Origin: an uncultured Oceanospirillaceae bacterium
GTDB taxonomy: Bacteria > Pseudomonadota > Gammaproteobacteria > Pseudomonadales > Balneatricaceae
Direction: 5' to 3'
DNA: 64,000 nucleotides
Assembly (NCBI GenBank): GCA_964022265.1
Contig: CAXHZX010000001.1
Location: 22,244 to 86,243, forward strand
This document shows positions 29,428 through 39,622 of the stretch, piece after piece; within the stretch, counting starts at the first letter, position 1, and every line of letters begins with the position of its first letter. The notes beneath the pieces are model-generated. The model saw only the letters and a list, made by a program, of their open reading frames with translations, did no database searches and had not been told where the DNA came from. The translations under genes and the position numbers were made by a program.

Positions 29428-30558
29428 ATGGCCTTGTTCAACTTATTTGGTAAAGACAAAAAAACGGCACCGGCAATTCAAACGCCAGAAGCTCAAAAGC
29501 CACAAGATGCCTCATCACAAGAGCAACCTCAACCACACAGTGCGCCTGTAACAGAGTCAAAACAAACCTTGCCAAGCACCCCTACTTCGCTTGCGAGCAA
29601 GCCAACAGAACAAACTAGCTTTTTTGGACGCATCAAAACTGGGCTCAGCCGAACCCGCAGCAACCTAGGTGATGGGCTTGCTAATTTGTTCTTAGGAGCT
29701 AAAGAAATTGACGAAGACCTATTTGAAGAAATAGAGACTCAATTATTAATCGCAGACGTAGGCGTTGAAGCAACTGCAGCGCTTTTAAAAACACTCAGTG
29801 ACCGAGTTGATCGTAAAGATTTAAAAGACCCAAGTGCACTCTACAGGGCACTTAAAGATGAGCTTGCTTTGCTACTTGCACCAAGCCAAGCACCGCTAGA
29901 AATTCCAGCACAAAAAGATCCGTTTGTGATCTTAATGGTAGGCGTAAATGGCGCTGGCAAAACCACCACCATCGGCAAACTCAGTAAACGTTTCCAAAGC
30001 CAGGGTAAATCAGTATTACTTGCCGCTGGCGATACCTTTAGAGCGGCAGCGGTTGAACAATTACAAGAATGGGGCAAGCGAAATGATGTGCCTGTGGTTG
30101 CTCAACATACAGGTGCAGACAGTGCTTCTGTGATTTTTGATGCAGTGCAATCAGCCAAAGCCAAAGGGGTTGATGTAGTGATAGCAGACACAGCCGGACG
30201 CTTACAGAACAAAGCTAACCTGATGGATGAACTGAGTAAAATAGTTCGCGTAATGCAAAAAATTGATGCCAACGCCCCGCATGAAGTGATGCTGGTACTT
30301 GATGCGGCCACGGGGCAAAATGCCCTCAGCCAAGCTAGCGTTTTTGGTGCAGCGGTTGGCGTGACAGGCCTTACCCTAACCAAGCTTGATGGCACCGCTA
30401 AAGGGGGTGTTATCTTTGCTTTAGCGCAGCAACTCAATTTACCCATTCGCTTTATTGGCGTAGGCGAACAAGCCGATGATCTAAGGCCATTTGAGGCTGA
30501 CGTTTTTATTGACGCATTATTTAGTGATTCTGATAAAGGCTTAGACAGTCACTCATGA
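29428..30558 (+). CDS. ftsY: signal recognition particle receptor FtsY
   Basis: GVNGAGKTTTIGKL, DTAGRLQNK and LTKLDGTAKGG GTPase motifs; short P/Q-rich N-terminal region. ATG 29428 is preferred over the TTG at 29386. Confidence 0.93.
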   Translation: MALFNLFGKDKKTAPAIQTPEAQKPQDASSQEQPQPHSAPVTESKQTLPSTPTSLASKPTEQTSFFGRIKTGLSRTRSNLGDGLANLFLGAKEIDEDLFEEIETQLLIADVGVEATAALLKTLSDRVDRKDLKDPSALYRALKDELALLLAPSQAPLEIPAQKDPFVILMVGVNGAGKTTTIGKLSKRFQSQGKSVLLAAGDTFRAAAVEQLQEWGKRNDVPVVAQHTGADSASVIFDAVQSAKAKGVDVVIADTAGRLQNKANLMDELSKIVRVMQKIDANAPHEVMLVLDAATGQNALSQASVFGAAVGVTGLTLTKLDGTAKGGVIFALAQQLNLPIRFIGVGEQADDLRPFEADVFIDALFSDSDKGLDSHS

Positions 30559-31226
30559 TTAATTTTGAAAAGGTCACTAAAAAGTACCATGACAAAACTG
30601 CATTAGTGAATACTAACTTTCATTTGCAGCGCGGCGCTATGGCCTTTTTAACGGGCCATTCTGGTGCCGGTAAAAGCACTTTATTGAAATTAATCATGCT
30701 GATGGAGCGGCCCACCAGTGGCAAAGTCATTGTAGACAGCCAAGACTTAAGCCAATTAAGCCGTGCACAAGTACCTGCCCACCGACGAAAAATTGGACTA
30801 GTTTTCCAAAACCATCAGTTATTAATGGATTACTCTGTGTTTGATAACGTAGCTTTGCCGCTTAAAATAAGCGGCTACAATGATCGAGATTCAAGCAGAC
30901 GTGTCAGAGCAGCATTAGATAAAGTAGGCCTATTAGATAAAGAAAAACTATCGCCTCAGACCTTATCAAGTGGCGAACAACAAAGAGTGGGGATTGCGCG
31001 CGCGATTGTTAACAAACCCAAACTCATTCTTGCGGACGAGCCTACAGGCAACCTTGATCCGGAACTTTCAGCCGAGATTATGCTGCTGTTTCAACAGTTT
31101 AATCAAGTAGGCGTGAGTGTTTTAATAGCCAGCCATGATTTGGAGCTTGTGCAACGCCTTCATCATCCTGTCATTCAGCTTAACCAAGGCAGGCTCACCA
31201 GTGCTTCTTCGGCCATGGGGATATAA
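30555..31226 (+). CDS. ftsE: cell division ATP-binding protein FtsE
   Basis: Walker A GHSGAGKST and signature LSSGEQQRV. The ATGA overlaps the ftsY stop. Confidence 0.93.
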   Translation: MINFEKVTKKYHDKTALVNTNFHLQRGAMAFLTGHSGAGKSTLLKLIMLMERPTSGKVIVDSQDLSQLSRAQVPAHRRKIGLVFQNHQLLMDYSVFDNVALPLKISGYNDRDSSRRVRAALDKVGLLDKEKLSPQTLSSGEQQRVGIARAIVNKPKLILADEPTGNLDPELSAEIMLLFQQFNQVGVSVLIASHDLELVQRLHHPVIQLNQGRLTSASSAMGI

Positions 31227-31229
31227 GCC

Positions 31230-32204
31230 ATGGCATTTTTTCGAAAGAATCGAATACAAAATGCCAGTCGCTCGCTGCCCGAGAGTGCAATTCGCCGCCT
31301 AGCAAGAGAACATAAAGAAGTGTTGCTTAGCAGCTGGCTAAGGCTATGGAAAACTCCAGTGGCAAACTTTTTAACATGGGTGACACTTGCCATTGCTTTG
31401 GCGCTGCCAACGGCCTTGTTACTGCTGTTAAGCCAAGCTCAACACTTAGGCCAACAAGTGAACCAAAGCGCTCAGATCAGCGTGTTTTTGAGTGTAGGCA
31501 CCAGTGATGAACAAGGCCAGTTTATCACCAAGCAGTTGGCTTCACGGCCTGATATTGCTAGGGCAAGTTACTTTTCTCAAGATCAGGTATTAAGCGACTT
31601 TAAAGCCAGTAGCGGTTTGGATGAAATATTGTCTAGCCTAACCGAAAACCCCCTCCCTGCAACGATCTTAATACAACCCAAAGACATTGCTGGAGAACCC
31701 AGTGCAATTGAAGATTTAGCACAAAAGCTACGCAAACAAGATGGTATCGATCAAGTTCTACTGGATATGGCATGGCTAGATAGACTGCAGGCCATTCTTT
31801 TGGCAAGCCAACGATTTGCTTACAGTTTGGCAACTTTATTAGGGCTTGGCGTGCTGCTGGTGGTTGGCAATACCGTGCGGCTGCAAATTGAAAGTAGAAA
31901 AGGCGAAGTTTTGGTCATAAAACTTGTGGGAGGCACCGATGCCTACCTGCGGCGTCCATTTTTATACGCGGGCTTTTGGGCGGGTTTAATGGCTGCCTTT
32001 CTTGCTTGGCTAATTATTCAAATAGGCGTTAATTATTTGCATGAGCCTTTATTAGTGTTAGCTAATAGCTATCAAAGCGATTGGCAGCTCAAAGGTCTAA
32101 ACTGGAGCGCAAGTTTGTTATTATTTTTCGTAAGTTGCAGCTTGTCTGTTGTCGGTGCAAGCCTTACTGTAGGACGCCAGCTGCGATTAATTGAACCTAA
32201 ATGA
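31230..32204 (+). CDS. ftsX: cell division permease-like protein FtsX
   Basis: 324 aa with a periplasmic domain between TM1 and TM2 and three C-terminal TM segments; follows ftsE. Confidence 0.9.
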   Translation: MAFFRKNRIQNASRSLPESAIRRLAREHKEVLLSSWLRLWKTPVANFLTWVTLAIALALPTALLLLLSQAQHLGQQVNQSAQISVFLSVGTSDEQGQFITKQLASRPDIARASYFSQDQVLSDFKASSGLDEILSSLTENPLPATILIQPKDIAGEPSAIEDLAQKLRKQDGIDQVLLDMAWLDRLQAILLASQRFAYSLATLLGLGVLLVVGNTVRLQIESRKGEVLVIKLVGGTDAYLRRPFLYAGFWAGLMAAFLAWLIIQIGVNYLHEPLLVLANSYQSDWQLKGLNWSASLLLFFVSCSLSVVGASLTVGRQLRLIEPK

Positions 32205-32255
32205 CCACGAACCGCCTGTTTACAAAGCTTTACTGTCAAAAATTCCGTAATAGCG

Positions 32256-32284
32256 TTGCACTATTTGCATTTGAGACATAAAAT
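32256..32284 (+). promoter_or_regulatory. candidate sigma-70 promoter of rpoH
   Basis: TTGCAC (32256-32261), 17-nt spacer, TAAAAT (32279-32284). This would give a leader of about 130 nt. Confidence 0.45.
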
Positions 32285-32419
32285 ATTCGGTCTAGAAATG
32301 CCGTTTCTAATTGCACAAACACTGTAGAAGCGCAGTAACGGCATGAGTCTGAATGTCTTAATCCAATGCGACACTAATTCAAAGGTTAAGCACAGACGTA
32401 TAAGATTACGGAGTTTTAA

Positions 32420-33307
32420 ATGACCAAGTCTTTATCAGCTATCGATGCGTTGGCTCCTGGCCAAAGCCACGAAGCATACTTACAAACCATTAGTACGATC
32501 CCTATTCTTAGCATTGAGCAAGAGCGCAAGCTTGCCGAACGTCTTTATTATGACAATGATTTAGATGCTGCACGCCAGTTAGTTATGTCTCACCTGCGTT
32601 TTGTCGCCCATATTGCTAAAAGCTATTCAGGTTATGGATTACCTATCTCAGACTTAGTTCAAGAAGGTAATGCTGGCTTAATGAAAGCGGTAAAACGCTA
32701 CAACCCAGAAGTAGGCGTGCGCTTAGTATCCTTTGCTGTACATTGGATCAAAGCTGAAATGCACGAATACATCCTTCGCAACTGGCGTATCGTTAAAGTT
32801 GCAACCACCAAAAGCCAGCGCAAATTGTTTTTTAACTTGCGTAGTTCAAAAAAGAAATTGGCTTGGTTAACTCACGATGAAGTGCAGTCAATGGCAAAGG
32901 ACTTAGGCGTAGACGCCAAAGTTGTTATGCAAATGGAAGGCCGCATGTCGGCACATGATATGCCATTTGATGCGCCAGAAGGCGATGAAGATAGTGCTTA
33001 TCAAGCACCTGCTTACTTTCTTGAGGACCACTCTAGCGACCCAGCAAGACAACTAGAAGCCAGCGATTGGGAAGAAGACTCTAACGCAAGGCTAGCTAGC
33101 GCGATGGGTGATCTAGACGCAAGAAGCCGCGATATTCTGCAGCAACGCTGGTTAAATGGCTCAAAAGCAACATTACACAACCTAGCTGACCAATATGATG
33201 TTTCAGCAGAACGCATTCGCCAACTTGAAAAGAATGCTATGAAAAAGCTTAAAGCAGCAATGAGTGAAGGCATGGAAGATGGCGGCCAAGGCGCTTACGC
33301 CTTTTAG
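32420..33307 (+). CDS. rpoH: RNA polymerase sigma-32 factor
   Basis: RpoH box QRKLFFNLR, region 2 ([17 protein letters not shown]), and region 4.2 ([16 protein letters not shown]). Confidence 0.96.
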   Translation: MTKSLSAIDALAPGQSHEAYLQTISTIPILSIEQERKLAERLYYDNDLDAARQLVMSHLRFVAHIAKSYSGYGLPISDLVQEGNAGLMKAVKRYNPEVGVRLVSFAVHWIKAEMHEYILRNWRIVKVATTKSQRKLFFNLRSSKKKLAWLTHDEVQSMAKDLGVDAKVVMQMEGRMSAHDMPFDAPEGDEDSAYQAPAYFLEDHSSDPARQLEASDWEEDSNARLASAMGDLDARSRDILQQRWLNGSKATLHNLADQYDVSAERIRQLEKNAMKKLKAAMSEGMEDGGQGAYAF

Positions 33308-33334
33308 CGCCACCTTCAACTGTAAAGACAATTT

Positions 33335-33362
33335 AAAACCCACTTAATAGTGGGTTTTTTGT
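33335..33362. terminator. bidirectional terminator between rpoH and tesA
   Basis: aaaacccact / agtgggtttt 10-bp stem with a taat loop, followed by a T-run. Confidence 0.8.
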
Positions 33363-33363
33363 T

Positions 33364-34008
33364 TCAGTCAATCCAAAACTTGCTCAAATGCCGCCATACA
33401 TTATCAACAATGATCGGTTGTGCCGATATTGTTGGATGCAAACCGTCAGGCTGCATCAGCTCGCTGTATACGGCAACTTCATCTAACAAAAATGGCACCA
33501 AGGCCGTATCAAATTTTTTCGCAAGGGTTGCGTATTGTTTGAAGAATGGACCTGTGTATCTGGCACCGTAGTTAGGTGGAAGCTGAATGCCTAATACTGC
33601 TGTTTTGGCACCTGATGTTTGGATTTGAGTAATCATTGCTGCAAGATTAGCGCTAATGTTAGCGATAGGATAACCACGTAAACCATCATTAGCACCCAGC
33701 TCTAACAACACCCAATCTGGTTCAAACTCGGCTAGCAAAGAAGGCAGCCGCCTCACTCCCCCTTGCGTCGTTTCACCACTTACACTTGCGTTAATAATTT
33801 TCCACTGAGTTTGTGGTGAACTTTGTTGCAATTTGGTTTGCAATAACGACGGCCAGGCCTTGTCTAAAGACATGCCATACCCTGCACTTAAACTATCACC
33901 CATTACTAGAATGGTCGTTTGTGAAGCAAAGGCCCAAGACCCCCATGCACTGCTGAAAATGACTGACAAATACAATGTAAATATTTTGAAAAACTGTGAC
34001 ATACTCAT
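33364..34008 (-). CDS. tesA: SGNH-hydrolase arylesterase / acyl-CoA thioesterase I
   Basis: Signal peptide, then GDSLSAGYG (block I), GANDG (block III) and DGLHP (block V). Divergent from ybbA-ybbP, as in E. coli. Confidence 0.9.
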   Translation of the reverse strand: MSMSQFFKIFTLYLSVIFSSAWGSWAFASQTTILVMGDSLSAGYGMSLDKAWPSLLQTKLQQSSPQTQWKIINASVSGETTQGGVRRLPSLLAEFEPDWVLLELGANDGLRGYPIANISANLAAMITQIQTSGAKTAVLGIQLPPNYGARYTGPFFKQYATLAKKFDTALVPFLLDEVAVYSELMQPDGLHPTISAQPIIVDNVWRHLSKFWID

Positions 34009-34068
34009 TCCTTAGAAATCACCCACACGCCATACTTAAGCCCTGATAATAACCACGAGCCGTAACTT

Positions 34069-34770
34069 ATGCCCGCTACCACCCCTTTTTTGGCTGCCCA
34101 AAATGTAAGCCAAATCGTTGCGAACCCACAAGCAACCCAAACCAGCCAGTTGCACATCCTACAAGACGTTAATTTTACCATAGAAGCAGGCGAATCTGTG
34201 GCAATTGTTGGCGCTTCTGGTTCGGGAAAAACAACTCTATTAGGCATGATGGCAGGCTTGGATAGCCCAAGCCATGGTGAAATATTTCTAGCTCACCAAG
34301 ACTTAACGACGCTCAATGAAGAAGGCCGGGCAGAACTAAGAAAACACCAGCTATCCTTTATCTTTCAAAACTTTCAGCTATTACCAAGCCTCACTGCTTT
34401 AGAAAATATTATGCTACCACTTGAAGTTAAAGGTACAAATGACGCGAGTGACGTTGCAAAAACTTACCTTTCGCACGTGGGCCTTGGGGAGCGCGGCCAC
34501 CATTATCCGAACCAACTTTCAGGTGGTGAGCAACAACGTGTTGCTATTGCACGGGCCTTTGCGGCGCAGGCACCTATCCTTTTTGCCGATGAACCTACCG
34601 GCAATTTAGATACTGAAACAGGACATCACATTATTGAGCTTTTGTTCGAACTCAACCAACAGCATCAAACAACCCTTGTACTTGTAACCCACGATTTAGA
34701 ACTCGCAAAACGTTGCCAAAGACGCCTATCACTCACTGCTGGGAAATTAACGGAACTGACTCATGTTTAA
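34069..34770 (+). CDS. ybbA: ABC transporter ATP-binding protein (YbbA type)
   Basis: Walker [10 protein letters not shown], signature LSGGEQQRV, Walker B ILFADEPT. Confidence 0.88.
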   Translation: MPATTPFLAAQNVSQIVANPQATQTSQLHILQDVNFTIEAGESVAIVGASGSGKTTLLGMMAGLDSPSHGEIFLAHQDLTTLNEEGRAELRKHQLSFIFQNFQLLPSLTALENIMLPLEVKGTNDASDVAKTYLSHVGLGERGHHYPNQLSGGEQQRVAIARAFAAQAPILFADEPTGNLDTETGHHIIELLFELNQQHQTTLVLVTHDLELAKRCQRRLSLTAGKLTELTHV

Positions 34771-37213
34771 ACTTGCTGCACGTTTGGCATGGCGAGATTG
34801 GCGCGGCGGAGAGTTATCGCTGTTATTTGTGGCTTTAATTTTAGCAACCACAAGTGTGACAAGCATCGGCCTTTTTACAGCCCAAGTAAAACAATCTATG
34901 GTCGCTCAAGGTGCCAATCTGATTGCCGCTGACTTGCGCCTTAACACAAGCACACCTGTACCTGAGGATTGGCTTGATGAAGCTGAAGACTTAGCCTTAA
35001 CACAAGCTAGGCTGAGCCAGTTTCAAGCGATGGTGTTTGGTGAGCAAGGCATGCAACTTGCGCGTATTAAAGCGGTCACCGATAACTACCCTTTACGCGG
35101 GGAAATCACAGTGAGCGATGCTGCCTTCACCCAAGGCACGCCTATAAAAGGGGGCCCTGTACAAGGTGAAATATGGCCCGACTCACGTCTTTTAGCAAGC
35201 TTAGATGCAGGCCTTGGAGACACCATTGACGTTGGCGAACTCACTTTAAAAATAACCCAAGTCTTAATTTCTGAACCAGATCAAGCCAGCGGTTTCTCTG
35301 GCTTTGCACCCAGCGCCATTATGCACTGGAAAGACCTAGCAGCTACCGAAGCGGTGCAAACTGGCAGTCGAGTCAGGTATCGATGGCTCATTGCTGGCAA
35401 CGAAAATGAACTCACCCAACTTAAGCAAAGTATCGATCCTAAACTTAAAACAGGTCAAAAGTGGGAACTACCCAAAGATGGCAACGCCAATGTGGCTTCA
35501 ACGCTAGATAAAGCCGAGCAATTTTTATTACTAGCAGGCTCACTTGCGGTGGTTTTGGCTGGTGTTGCTTTATCCTTGTCTGCGCGCCGCTATAGCTTAC
35601 GACAGGCCAAACACGTTGCACTACTTAAATGCCTTGGCTTAAAACCCAACCAACTTAGGCTTTTGTACTGCAGCCAAATGATACTGCTTGCGATCATTGC
35701 TTTACTGATAAGCTTGCCATTGGCTTTGGGTTTATATCAAACACTGCTTTACCTTGTGTCTGACTATATCACTGCAGCATCAGCACTGCCCTCTTTGGAT
35801 CCTTTCATCTTAGGTGCGGCCACAGGTTCTTTGTGTTTACTTGCATTTGTATTACCACCAATGCTTGCCCTATCAAAGGTTGCACCTGCCCAAGTGCTTA
35901 GGCAATCATCTACTCAATCCAAAGCCAATCCAAAACATTTGGCGATTGGCTTTAGTGCAGTGATTGCTCTTGTGTATTGGCACAGCCAATCTGTATTAAT
36001 CAGCGCAGCATTGATTTTGGGCTTGGGAGTTATTCTGTTGCTGTTGGCAGTGCTTGCGAACCTGTTAATTAGACTAGGCAACACACTAAGACCTTACCTA
36101 AACCAAGGTGGCAAACTTGGGTTTGCAAACCTTGCTAGACGGAAAAATCAAAATAGCCTTCAAGTTGCCATATTTGGCTTAGCGCTGATGCTATTATTTA
36201 GCCTCATTTCAGTACGCAGCTTTCTCATCAACGATTGGCAAGACCAGCTAAATCAAGACACACCTAACTTGTTCTTGTTTAATATTTTTGAGCAGCAAAA
36301 AGATTCATTAATATTGTCCATGGAAGATAAAGACCTAACGACTGAAGATGTAAAGTTTTACCCCATGGCTAGAGCAAGGCTAACCAAGCCTAAGCTTGAA
36401 AATCCGCGTGGCGATCGTGAACTCAATCTCACTTGGAGCTCTATGCTTGCGCCAAGCAATAAGGTGACCCAAGGCCAGTGGTGGGGCGATCAAACCGCAA
36501 CTCGCCTTGAAGTCTCTGTCGAAGAAGATTATGCCAATAGAATGGGCCTAAGCCTTGGCCAAAAACTAACGTTTAACGTGGCTGGCATTGAGCATGAAGC
36601 GATATTCAGTAACGCCAGAGAAGTGGATTGGAGCAGCATGCAACCCAACTTCTTCTTTATCTTTAATCAACCTCTGGTTGAGTCCAACAGTGCAAGCTAC
36701 ATGGCAAGTGTATTCATTGCCCCTGAGGATCGCAGTAAGCTTGGACCGTTATTGCGCGAACAACCTACTATTTCAATGATCGATGTAGATCAAATACTCA
36801 AACAGGTGAAAAGTGTGGTTGCCCAGCTTTCCCTGGCGGTAGAAAGTATTTTAGTGATGGTACTAGGTGCTGGTGTTTTAGTATTGGTTGCCAGTATTCA
36901 GGCAAGCATCGATGAAAGACGCCACGAAAGTGCTATTTTGCGGACTCTTGGCGCGAGTAAGTCAGTGATTAGGACTATTTTACTAGTCGAATATGCAAGC
37001 CTTGGCTTTGTAGCCGGACTCATCGCTGGTATCAGCGCTGAAGCTTTGGTTGCGGTTTTGCAAAATCAACTGTTCCAGCTGCCCTTCCAATTCCATTGGC
37101 CTTTATGGGTACTAACGCCTTTCACCGGCATGATCATTATCGGTGCAGCAGGCTGGTGGTTTAACCGCACGGTAGTAACGGCACCGCCACTAAGAACATT
37201 GCGTCAGTCATAA
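34763..37213 (+). CDS. ybbP: ABC transporter permease with two FtsX-like modules (YbbP type)
   Basis: 816 aa with two repeated blocks of TM segments. Overlaps ybbA by 8 nt. Confidence 0.85.
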   Translation: MFKLAARLAWRDWRGGELSLLFVALILATTSVTSIGLFTAQVKQSMVAQGANLIAADLRLNTSTPVPEDWLDEAEDLALTQARLSQFQAMVFGEQGMQLARIKAVTDNYPLRGEITVSDAAFTQGTPIKGGPVQGEIWPDSRLLASLDAGLGDTIDVGELTLKITQVLISEPDQASGFSGFAPSAIMHWKDLAATEAVQTGSRVRYRWLIAGNENELTQLKQSIDPKLKTGQKWELPKDGNANVASTLDKAEQFLLLAGSLAVVLAGVALSLSARRYSLRQAKHVALLKCLGLKPNQLRLLYCSQMILLAIIALLISLPLALGLYQTLLYLVSDYITAASALPSLDPFILGAATGSLCLLAFVLPPMLALSKVAPAQVLRQSSTQSKANPKHLAIGFSAVIALVYWHSQSVLISAALILGLGVILLLLAVLANLLIRLGNTLRPYLNQGGKLGFANLARRKNQNSLQVAIFGLALMLLFSLISVRSFLINDWQDQLNQDTPNLFLFNIFEQQKDSLILSMEDKDLTTEDVKFYPMARARLTKPKLENPRGDRELNLTWSSMLAPSNKVTQGQWWGDQTATRLEVSVEEDYANRMGLSLGQKLTFNVAGIEHEAIFSNAREVDWSSMQPNFFFIFNQPLVESNSASYMASVFIAPEDRSKLGPLLREQPTISMIDVDQILKQVKSVVAQLSLAVESILVMVLGAGVLVLVASIQASIDERRHESAILRTLGASKSVIRTILLVEYASLGFVAGLIAGISAEALVAVLQNQLFQLPFQFHWPLWVLTPFTGMIIIGAAGWWFNRTVVTAPPLRTLRQS

Positions 37214-37320
37214 CTCGTTTAATAGGGCACAGAAAAGTAAAGCTAAGCTAAGGTTTGCAATACCTAACGCATAAAATGCATTACAATATAGTCATAGAAG
37301 ATTATGTTATAAGGTAATGT

Positions 37321-39036
37321 ATGAGTGCGGTCCTAGCTTACTTATTGAAATTTTTGCCCTTTTTAAGCTGGGCCAAAAACACCACTTCGATAAGTGCTCA
37401 AAAAGATGCTGTGGCTGGCCTCACTGGCGCCATCATTGTACTACCACAAGGCGTAGCTTATGCACTTATCGCTGGCTTGCCTCCAGAATACGGCCTTTAT
37501 GCGGCCATTGTTCCAGCTATTGTAGCGGCTTTGTTTGGTAGTTCCTGGCATCTTATTTCAGGCCCAACAGCGGCCTTATCTATTGTAGTTTTCACTACCA
37601 TAAGCCCCTTGGCAGAGGCTGGCAGTGCCGCTTACATTAGTTTGGTGCTCACCCTTACCCTTTTAGCAGGTCTTTTTCAGCTAGTATTATCCTTAGCCAG
37701 AATGGGCTCTTTAGTCAATTTTGTTTCTCACTCAGTGGTTGTTGGTTTTACCTCGGGTGCAGCTGTAGTGATTGCCACCAGCCAAATAAAAAATGCGCTC
37801 GGGTTAGATTTAAAATCCAGTGGCAATTTCATGCTCAACTGGCTGTCGGTAGGTGAAAATCTTTCAGCAACACATCTGCCTAGCCTGCTCATTGCTTGCT
37901 TAACACTTTTCACCTTGATTATTGTAAAACGCTGGCGCAAAAACTGGCCCAATATGCTCATTGCCATGATCGTAGGCAGCTTGGCCACACAAGCACTGAT
38001 TCTAGCCTCTTGGTCTGAAGCAACCCAGATAGCACTGGTGGGTGAAATACCCTCTCAACTGCCACCTTTGTCAGCACCGACACTGACCTGGGATTTATTC
38101 CGACAACTTGCGCCTGGGGCAATGGCATTAGGTTTGTTGGGGTTAGTTGAAGCGGTCTCTATTTCACGCTCTGTAGCCACCCGTTCTGGCCAGCAGATCA
38201 AAGGTAATCAAGAATTTATTGGCCAAGCGATGTCTAATATTTTTGGTAGCTTTGCATCTAGCTATGCAACTTCTGGCTCTTTTACCCGTACTGGAGTCAA
38301 CTTTGAAACTGGAGCCACAAGTCCTTTGGCGGCGATCTTTGCTGCCGCGTTTTTAGCCGTTATCCTAGTATTGTTTGCACCTCTTGCAGCGTTTATCACT
38401 TTGCCCGGCATGGCCGCTATATTGTTGATGGTCTCTTGGAACTTAATCGACCTTCATCATATTAAAATCATTTACCGCGCGGGTAAGAATGAGGTCATGG
38501 TGTTTAGCGTCACTTTCCTTGCGACCTTGCTTTTGCCCATGGAATTCGCCATTTATCTAGGCGTGCTATTAACCTTGGTGCTTTATTTAAAACGCACTTC
38601 AAAACCCAATATCATTGCACTTGCAAGCAGTAAAGGAGCTAAGAAGTTAGTGGATGCTAAACGCACGGGCATGCCAGAATGCGAGGCCATCAAGGTCATT
38701 CGTATTGATGGGTCTTTGTTTTTTGGCGCGGTGGACTATGTGCAGACGGCGATGATGAACATCTCACAAAAACATGTGCTCATTGTGGCAAGTGGCATTA
38801 ATTTTATTGATCTAGCAGGCACTGCTCTGCTCGCTAATGAAGCTAAGCGCTTGTCTGCGCTTGGAGGTGGGCTTTACCTTTGCAACCTCAACGGCAGGGT
38901 CATAAAACCGATCATACGCAATGGCCATATACAAGCTATTGGTAAGCGCCATATATTTGCCACCAAAGCACTCGCGTTAAAAGCCATTGACACTAAGTTG
39001 CACGACCACACTTGTCTAGGTTGTGAAAACCGCTAG
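37321..39036 (+). CDS. SulP family inorganic anion transporter with C-terminal STAS domain
   Basis: DAVAGLTGAIIVLPQGVAYALIAGLPPEYGLY is the N-terminal SulP signature. The polytopic core is followed by a STAS-like tail (VIRIDGSLFFGAV...). Substrate unknown. Confidence 0.85.
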   Translation: MSAVLAYLLKFLPFLSWAKNTTSISAQKDAVAGLTGAIIVLPQGVAYALIAGLPPEYGLYAAIVPAIVAALFGSSWHLISGPTAALSIVVFTTISPLAEAGSAAYISLVLTLTLLAGLFQLVLSLARMGSLVNFVSHSVVVGFTSGAAVVIATSQIKNALGLDLKSSGNFMLNWLSVGENLSATHLPSLLIACLTLFTLIIVKRWRKNWPNMLIAMIVGSLATQALILASWSEATQIALVGEIPSQLPPLSAPTLTWDLFRQLAPGAMALGLLGLVEAVSISRSVATRSGQQIKGNQEFIGQAMSNIFGSFASSYATSGSFTRTGVNFETGATSPLAAIFAAAFLAVILVLFAPLAAFITLPGMAAILLMVSWNLIDLHHIKIIYRAGKNEVMVFSVTFLATLLLPMEFAIYLGVLLTLVLYLKRTSKPNIIALASSKGAKKLVDAKRTGMPECEAIKVIRIDGSLFFGAVDYVQTAMMNISQKHVLIVASGINFIDLAGTALLANEAKRLSALGGGLYLCNLNGRVIKPIIRNGHIQAIGKRHIFATKALALKAIDTKLHDHTCLGCENR

Positions 39037-39055
39037 CGCTTAAGTTAACGGCATT

Positions 39056-39091
39056 AAAAAACCCGCGTTGGTTAACCAAGGCGGGTTTTTT
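39056..39091. terminator. bidirectional terminator between the SulP gene and rpmE
   Basis: A-run, then acccgcgttgg-ttaa-ccaaggcgggt, then a T-run. Confidence 0.75.
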
Positions 39092-39113
39092 AATGTTTGA
39101 TACGACAGGCCAA

Positions 39114-39326
39114 TTACTTGGTTGTGCGAGCACCAAAACGCTTGTTGAAACGGTCGATACGTCCGCCAACATCGATGTTCTTTTGCTTGCCGGTGTAGAA
39201 TGGGTGGCAGGCAGAACATGTATCAATGTGCATGTCTTTACATAGAGTAGAACGAGTTTCTACAACGTTACCACATGAACACGTCGCTTTAATGGCTTCG
39301 TACTTAGGGTGAATATCTTTTTGCAT
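39114..39326 (-). CDS. rpmE: 50S ribosomal protein L31 (zinc-ribbon type)
   Basis: [20 protein letters not shown]...[13 protein letters not shown]; 70 aa. The 128-aa ORF-track entry is an upstream read-through of this gene. Confidence 0.95.
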   Translation of the reverse strand: MQKDIHPKYEAIKATCSCGNVVETRSTLCKDMHIDTCSACHPFYTGKQKNIDVGGRIDRFNKRFGARTTK

Positions 39327-39459
39327 GGGAAATAACCTCAAGGTTATGGCGCCGCCACTTGATCTATTGCCAAGCACCGCACCGATCAAAGATCTAATTA
39401 GACCTGTTTTAAAATAAGCTTGCTGAAAAAACACAGCAGACCTTAAAAATAGAGGCGAA

Positions 39460-39487
39460 ATTTTACCAGACAAGGTCAGATAAGCAA
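39460..39487 (-). promoter_or_regulatory. candidate extended -10 promoter of rpmE
   Basis: Minus strand: TTGCTT (39487-39482), 16-nt spacer, TGgTAAAAT (-10 at 39465-39460). Confidence 0.4.
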
Positions 39488-39622
39488 GCGTTTTTAACAT
39501 CTCAAAGCCCAGCAGAGACTATTTAAACAGTTTATCCATCTAAACCACCGCAAACCTTCTGCTTTGGTGTAGGATAAACCTCCGCACCATCCGTGCTCAT
39601 TAAAAACATTTTTGCAGCGTTT

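Noticed and set aside
32205-32255. Sigma-E type promoter (GAAC ... GTCAAA) upstream of rpoH, as at E. coli rpoH P3
   Set aside because: GAACC and GTCAAA are about 21 nt apart rather than about 16, so the spacing does not fit.
34005-34247. 80-aa minus-strand ORF between tesA and ybbA
   Set aside because: It overlaps the ybbA 5' end and the Walker A region in antisense. It has no SD and is not needed to explain the gap.
37281-37316. dif-like XerCD site (ATTATGTTATAA resembles the XerD arm TTATGTTAAAT)
   Set aside because: The XerC arm (GCGCATAA) is absent, and only one half-site matches, with two mismatches. The context is a housekeeping promoter region.
39327-39500. 128-aa ORF-track version of the rpmE ORF
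   Set aside because: The conserved L31 sequence starts at MQKDIHPKY (ATG 39326). The upstream 58 codons cover the predicted promoter and leader.
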